Origin: an uncultured Actinomycetota bacterium
GTDB taxonomy: Bacteria; Actinomycetota; Actinomycetes; JAHEKZ01
Direction of reading: 5' to 3'
Assembly: GCA_963829525.1 (NCBI GenBank)
Contig: CAWHIJ010000003.1
Span: 2,368,001-2,432,000, forward strand
DNA: 64,000 nucleotides
Shown here: one piece after another, positions 59,604 through 64,000 of the stretch
Layout of the letters: each line of letters opens with the position of its first letter
Position numbering within the stretch: position 1 is the first letter of the stretch
The notes under the pieces: generated by a model
What the model was told of the DNA's origin: nothing
Database searches by the model: none
The model's input: the letters and a program-made list of their open reading frames with translations, nothing else
Position numbers and translations under genes: made by a program

Positions 59604-60031
59604 CAGCCGCGGTGGAAGATCTTGCGCAGCACGACGAGCGAAGTCAGTGTCCCGGCCACGATCGCGATCGGCTTGGCCTTGGGTGTGCCGTCTTCCTCGA
59701 CGAACACCTGCTTCACCCGGTCCATCGCGTCCTGGGCCAAAGACTGCGGCGCGAGCCGATCGGAAAGCTCATCCACCTGGTCGGCCAGGCGACGCTGGGC
59801 AGCGTCGATGTCGGACTGGATCTGCACCGGAGTCCGTTCCGGGGCGGCGGGCCCGTCCTCGGTGCTGGTCGGCTTTGCTTTAGCTGTCTTGGTCGACGCC
59901 GTGTGCTCGGCATCGACCGGCTTGGCATCGACCGGCTTGGCATCGGTTGGCTTCGCAGGGGTCGGCTTCGCCGGGGCTGCTTGGATGGGCTCGGCTGGCG
60001 GGGCGTCTACGGGGGTGCTTGGCTCAGTCAC
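59603..60031 (-). CDS. DUF3618 family protein with Pro/Ala/Lys-rich N-terminus
   Basis: RTPVQIQSDIDAAQRRLADQVDELSDRLAP; C-terminal TM segment. Confidence 0.8.
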   Translation of the reverse strand: MTEPSTPVDAPPAEPIQAAPAKPTPAKPTDAKPVDAKPVDAEHTASTKTAKAKPTSTEDGPAAPERTPVQIQSDIDAAQRRLADQVDELSDRLAPQSLAQDAMDRVKQVFVEEDGTPKAKPIAIVAGTLTSLVVLRKIFHRG

Positions 60032-60121
60032 GTCCTAACCGTATCCGGGGCCGACTTGTCGCCTGCAAGCGACTCCGCGGCTGCTCGGAGCGCTCGTCGT
60101 CGGCCGGCACCGCTGGCTTGT

Positions 60122-60160
60122 TGCGAACAGTTTGCAGGAGCAAGAGGGCTGCAGTAGCGT
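60122..60160 (+). promoter_or_regulatory. Housekeeping-type promoter overlapped by a Zur/Fur-like box
   Basis: 7-1-7 imperfect palindrome TGCGAAC-A-GTTTGCA (60122-60136) overlaps TTGCAG-N17-TAGCGT; GTG follows 7 nt later. Confidence 0.6.
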
Positions 60161-60167
60161 CGGCGTC

Positions 60168-61181
60168 GTGACTAACTCCGCTCGTTGTGCCTCTCGCTCG
60201 ATGTCGTCGGCTGTTTTCGCCGTCGCAGCCCTGGTTGCGCTCTCGGCCTGCTCTTCTGACCCTGAGAGCACTGGAGCGCTGAAGGTCGCCACAACCGTCG
60301 CGCCCATCACCTCCATCGCCGCAAACATTGGCGGCGATCGTGTCGACATCGAGGGCATCGTTCCCGAAGGCACCAACAGTCACACCTTTGAGCCCGCCCC
60401 CCAGGTGGCTGAGCTTCTCAGCACTGCTGACGTCATCCTGGTCAACGGCCTGCAGCTCGAGGAGCCGACGAAAGACCTCGCAGAGCAGAACAAGAAGGAC
60501 GGGGCCGTCATCGTCGACATCGGCGACGAGGTGCTGCCTCCCGAGGACTACATCTTCGACTTCTCTTTCCCCGAGGAAGACGGCAAGCCGAACCCGCACC
60601 TGTGGACCGATCCCAACTACGCCATCCAGTACGCCGAGGTCATTGCCAAGACATTCTCCGATGAGGACCCCGACAACGCTGGCTACTACGCCAAGAACCT
60701 CGAGGCGTTCACCAAGAAGGCAACCGCACTCTCAGATGCGCTGCGCTCCGACCAGATGTCAGTGCCCGAGGGCAACCTCAAGCTGCTGACCTACCACGAT
60801 GCCTACGCCTACTTCGCTAAGGACTACGGCTGGGACGTGATCGGCGCCGTCCAGCCGAAGAACTTCGAAGACCCGACACCTGAAGAAGTCGCGGCGATCA
60901 TCGACCAGGTGGAAGCCGAGAACGTCCCGACGATCTTCGGCTCCGAGGTGTTTCCCTCCGCAGTCCTCGAAGAGATCGGGCGAGCTACCGGAGCCCGCTA
61001 CGAAGACACCCTCCGCGACGACGACCTGCCCGGTGAACCCGGTGACGCTGAGCACTCATGGCTCGGGTTGATGAGGTACGACTATGCGACCATGATTGAG
61101 GGACTCGGTGGTAATGCCACCAAGTTGGAGTCGGTAGATGTCGCCGACGTGGCACCGGACGAGGCGGAGTACCCGCAATGA
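60168..61181 (+). CDS. Zn/Mn ABC transporter substrate-binding lipoprotein (TroA/ZnuA family)
   Basis: Lipobox LSAC; SHTFEP, NPHLW, YHDAY metal ligands. Confidence 0.9.
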   Translation: MTNSARCASRSMSSAVFAVAALVALSACSSDPESTGALKVATTVAPITSIAANIGGDRVDIEGIVPEGTNSHTFEPAPQVAELLSTADVILVNGLQLEEPTKDLAEQNKKDGAVIVDIGDEVLPPEDYIFDFSFPEEDGKPNPHLWTDPNYAIQYAEVIAKTFSDEDPDNAGYYAKNLEAFTKKATALSDALRSDQMSVPEGNLKLLTYHDAYAYFAKDYGWDVIGAVQPKNFEDPTPEEVAAIIDQVEAENVPTIFGSEVFPSAVLEEIGRATGARYEDTLRDDDLPGEPGDAEHSWLGLMRYDYATMIEGLGGNATKLESVDVADVAPDEAEYPQ

Positions 61182-61960
61182 CAGCGACGGGCGTCGGGCC
61201 AGTCATCCTCAAGCTCGACAACATCACCGTGGGGTACGAGCACGCTGCGGTTCTGCGCGACGTCTCGTTCCACGTCCACTCCGACCAGTTCACCGGCATT
61301 GTCGGCCCTTCCGGTTCCGGCAAGACCACGCTCCTCCGCACACTGCTTGGCGCACTGCGCCCCCAGCGCGGAACGGTGACCACCAAGCCAGGACTGCGGA
61401 TGGCGTACGTGCCGCAGCTCGAGACGGTGAACTGGAACTTCCCGGTGACGGTGTTCGAGTGCGTCCTCATGGCCCGCACCGAAGGTCGACAGTGGCCGCG
61501 TGCCAGCCGCACCGACAAGGCAGACGTGTCGGCGGTTCTGGACCGGCTCGGGATCGCCGACTTGGCAGGGCGGCACATTCGTCAGCTGTCCGGCGGCCAG
61601 CAGCAGCGAATGTTCATCGCCCGCGCCTTGGTGAGCAACCCTGACCTTCTGGTCCTCGACGAGCCGACGTCCGGCGTCGACGTCAGCACTCGGCACGATA
61701 TGTTGCACCTGCTCGCCGATCTGCACGAAGACGGCATCTCGATCGTGCTGACAACGCACGACCTCAACGGCATGGCCGCGCACCTCCCCCACCTAGTCAC
61801 GATCAACGGCAAAATCATCGCCGAGGGAACCCCGCACGAGGTCATCACCTCTGACGTGCTGGAGCGGACGTTCGGTGCCCGGCTTGAGGTGCTCGAACAC
61901 CTCGGCATGCCCGTCGTGATCGACGACTACCACCGCGTCGGTCCGCGAGCCGTTTCGTGA
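61178..61960 (+). CDS. Metal ABC transporter ATPase
   Basis: GPSGSGKT, YVPQ, LSGGQQQR, LDEPTSGVD, THDL. Confidence 0.92.
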   Translation: MTATGVGPVILKLDNITVGYEHAAVLRDVSFHVHSDQFTGIVGPSGSGKTTLLRTLLGALRPQRGTVTTKPGLRMAYVPQLETVNWNFPVTVFECVLMARTEGRQWPRASRTDKADVSAVLDRLGIADLAGRHIRQLSGGQQQRMFIARALVSNPDLLVLDEPTSGVDVSTRHDMLHLLADLHEDGISIVLTTHDLNGMAAHLPHLVTINGKIIAEGTPHEVITSDVLERTFGARLEVLEHLGMPVVIDDYHRVGPRAVS

Positions 61961-62868
61961 ACGCCGCCCTGCTGTTCCTGGACACGCTGACGGGACCGCT
62001 GCAGTACGCCTTCTTCCAGAAGGGGCTTATCGTCGCCACGATCTCCGGTGCGCTCCTCGGCTTCGTCGGGGTCTACATCACCCTTCGTGGCATGAGCTAC
62101 ATCGGTCACGGGCTCTCACACGCGATCTTCGGAGGTTTTGCCGCAGCCTCCCTCGTCAGTGCCTCGTTCATCTACATCGGTGCCGGAATCTGGGGTGTCA
62201 GCTCAGCGCTGGCGATCAACTGGGTGACGCGCAAGCACCGCATCGGCGCCGACGCGGCTATCGGAGTGATCACGACGGCCTCCTTCGCCCTCGGTGTCGC
62301 TCTGCTTTCGTACTACGGCAGTTCGGGGCCGAGCTTTGACAACGCTCTCTTCGGCTCGATCTACGGAATTACCCCCGACCAGATCGTGATGCTGATCGGC
62401 GTCTCGGTGGCGACAGCGGCCTTCGTCTTCTTCCGCTACCGCTCGCTGCTCTTTACAACATTCGACCCCGAGGTGGCGGCCGCGTCCGGAGTCAACGTCG
62501 CGCGCACCGAGGCGATGCTGATGCTGCTGCTGTCGCTGTCGATCCTTGCGACGCTGACCGTGATCGGCGTCACGCTGGTGGCTGCCATGCTGGTGATCCC
62601 GGCGGTGGTGGCCCGGATGATCACTGATTCCTTCGGGCGGATGCTGATCATCTCGACCGGCGTCGGCGCATCCTGCGGACTTGTGGGCATGTACATCAGC
62701 TACTTCGCCGGCGTTCCGTCCGGCACCATGATCGTTCTCACCGGGGCCGCAGTCTTCTGCCTGGCCCTCGCATGGCAGGGTTGGCGTTCCCTGGCCCGGA
62801 CCGCGGGCCTGGACGACCACCACGAAGACGCGCTCGAGGCCGTTGCCTCGCCCACCAGGAGCACCTGA
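61957..62868 (+). CDS. Metal ABC transporter permease
   Basis: MSYIGHGLSH, DAAIG, LFGSI, FDPEVA. Confidence 0.92.
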   Translation: MNAALLFLDTLTGPLQYAFFQKGLIVATISGALLGFVGVYITLRGMSYIGHGLSHAIFGGFAAASLVSASFIYIGAGIWGVSSALAINWVTRKHRIGADAAIGVITTASFALGVALLSYYGSSGPSFDNALFGSIYGITPDQIVMLIGVSVATAAFVFFRYRSLLFTTFDPEVAAASGVNVARTEAMLMLLLSLSILATLTVIGVTLVAAMLVIPAVVARMITDSFGRMLIISTGVGASCGLVGMYISYFAGVPSGTMIVLTGAAVFCLALAWQGWRSLARTAGLDDHHEDALEAVASPTRST

Positions 62869-63353
62869 TGCCCGAGACACCACGCCTTTCCCCCGGCGAC
62901 AAGGCTCCGGACTTCACGCTCACCGACGACTCCGGTGCCAGCGTTCGGCTGGCTGACCTCCGCGGCGGCAAGGTGATCGCCTACTTCTACCCAGCAGCGA
63001 TGACTCCTGGATGCACGACTCAGGCGTGCGACTTCACGGCGGCCATGACCGACTTCACGACGGCCGGCTACACGGTGCTCGGCATCTCACCCGACAAGCC
63101 GGAGAAGCTAGCGAAGTTTCGTAACGAAGGCTCGCTCAACTTCACGCTGCTCTCCGACCCCACCAAAGAGACGATGACCGCGTACGGCGCGTTCGGTGAG
63201 AAGCAGCTGTACGGCAAGACTGTCGTCGGTGTTATCCGGTCAACCTTCGTGATTGACGAGGACGGCTTGATCGAGCAGGCGCAGTACGCCGTCAAGGCCA
63301 AGGGCCATGTCGCCAGACTTGCCCGCGAGCTCGCGATCCCGCTGCCCCATTAG
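62868..63353 (+). CDS. bcp: Thioredoxin-dependent thiol peroxidase Bcp
   Basis: APDFTL, YFYPAAMTPGCTTQACDF, RSTFVID; TGATG overlap. Confidence 0.93.
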   Translation: MPETPRLSPGDKAPDFTLTDDSGASVRLADLRGGKVIAYFYPAAMTPGCTTQACDFTAAMTDFTTAGYTVLGISPDKPEKLAKFRNEGSLNFTLLSDPTKETMTAYGAFGEKQLYGKTVVGVIRSTFVIDEDGLIEQAQYAVKAKGHVARLARELAIPLPH

Positions 63354-63439
63354 CCAAGAGCGACGCATTCACGCGCGCTGCTGAAACAAGCTCCGCACTC
63401 ATCCTCTGGATGAGTGGTCGACGTACACTTTGGCGTCAC

Positions 63440-63521
63440 GCGGAAGTGGCGGAACTGGCAGACGCGCACGGTTTAGGTCCGTGTGCCTTCGGGCGTGGGG
63501 GTTCAAGTCCCCCCTTCCGCA
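63440..63521 (+). tRNA. tRNA-Leu(TAG)
   Basis: GCGGAAG/CTTCCGC acceptor stem, cacgg-ttTAGgt-ccgtg anticodon arm, long variable arm, gttcaag. Confidence 0.95.
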
Positions 63522-63522
63522 C

Positions 63523-64000
63523 TCAGGTCGAGCACGTCACCAGGAGGGCCGCGAGCGCGCGAAATGCGGCACCGCGGTGGCTGATGGCGTCCTTCTCGTG
63601 CGGTTCCATCTCCGCCGTCGTCCGGCTCTCGCCGTCCGGGCAGAAGATGGGGTCATAGCCGAACCCGTTCGTCCCCCGCGGCTCTCGGACCAGACCCCCT
63701 TGGAGCTCTCCACGTACTACCTGCTCCTGGCCACCGGGACGAGCAACAGCGGCCGCACACACAAACGCTGCGCCGCGGTGTCCATCTGCCACGTCAGCGA
63801 GCTGCGCGAGCACGAGCCGCAGGTTTGCAGCGTCGTCCCCGTGTTTGCCAGCCCATCGCGCTGAGAAGATGCCTGGCATGCCGCCGAGGACGTCGACGGC
63901 CAGACCCGAGTCGTCGGCGATCGCCGGCAGCCCAGTTGTCTCAGCGATCGCGCGCGCCTTCAACAGAGCGTTCTCCTCGAACGTCAGGCCTGTCTCGGCC
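63523..64000 (-). CDS. rdgB: Non-canonical purine NTP pyrophosphatase (5' end outside the window)
   Basis: ADDSGL, PGIFSARW, GFGYDPIF, EKDAISHRG. Confidence 0.95.
   Translation of the reverse strand, partial: AETGLTFEENALLKARAIAETTGLPAIADDSGLAVDVLGGMPGIFSARWAGKHGDDAANLRLVLAQLADVADGHRGAAFVCAAAVARPGGQEQVVRGELQGGLVREPRGTNGFGYDPIFCPDGESRTTAEMEPHEKDAISHRGAAFRALAALLVTCST

Noticed and set aside
59905-59975. 15-bp repeats in the DUF3618 gene (AKPVD/AKPT)
   Set aside because: Ordinary low-complexity linker expansion.
22383-63521. Prophage or integrative element at any of the three tRNAs
   Set aside because: No integrase, phage or conjugation genes and no clear long att duplication were seen.

Overview
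High-GC actinobacterial chromosome segment. Core genes run ptp-tsaC-prmC-prfA-rpmE-rho-thrB-thrC-hom-lysA-argS at the left end and groES-DUF3618-metal ABC-bcp-tRNA-Leu-rdgB at the right end, with three tRNAs (Arg-CCG, Lys-CTT, Leu-TAG) and many accessory genes in between. At least eight genes, including lysA, prmC and sbcC, are broken by apparent small indels; this most likely reflects uncorrected long-read errors. Most interesting signals: (1) a translationally coupled sbcD-sbcC-(tandem RNase III) operon, in which the third gene has two RNase III domains (one intact, one catalytically degenerate, no dsRBD) and the operon has a perfect PafBC/RecA-NDp-type DNA-damage promoter; (2) four sigma28/WhiG-like promoters in front of small orphan genes, two of which are paralogous microproteins; (3) a seven-copy 22-25 bp direct-repeat array just after tRNA-Lys; (4) a TetR-controlled six-gene catabolic operon (amino-acid dehydrogenase, ThDP enzyme, CoA ligase, two acyl-CoA dehydrogenases, dienoyl-CoA-reductase-like SDR) of unknown substrate. 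All family calls come from recognising motifs by eye; no database searches were run.
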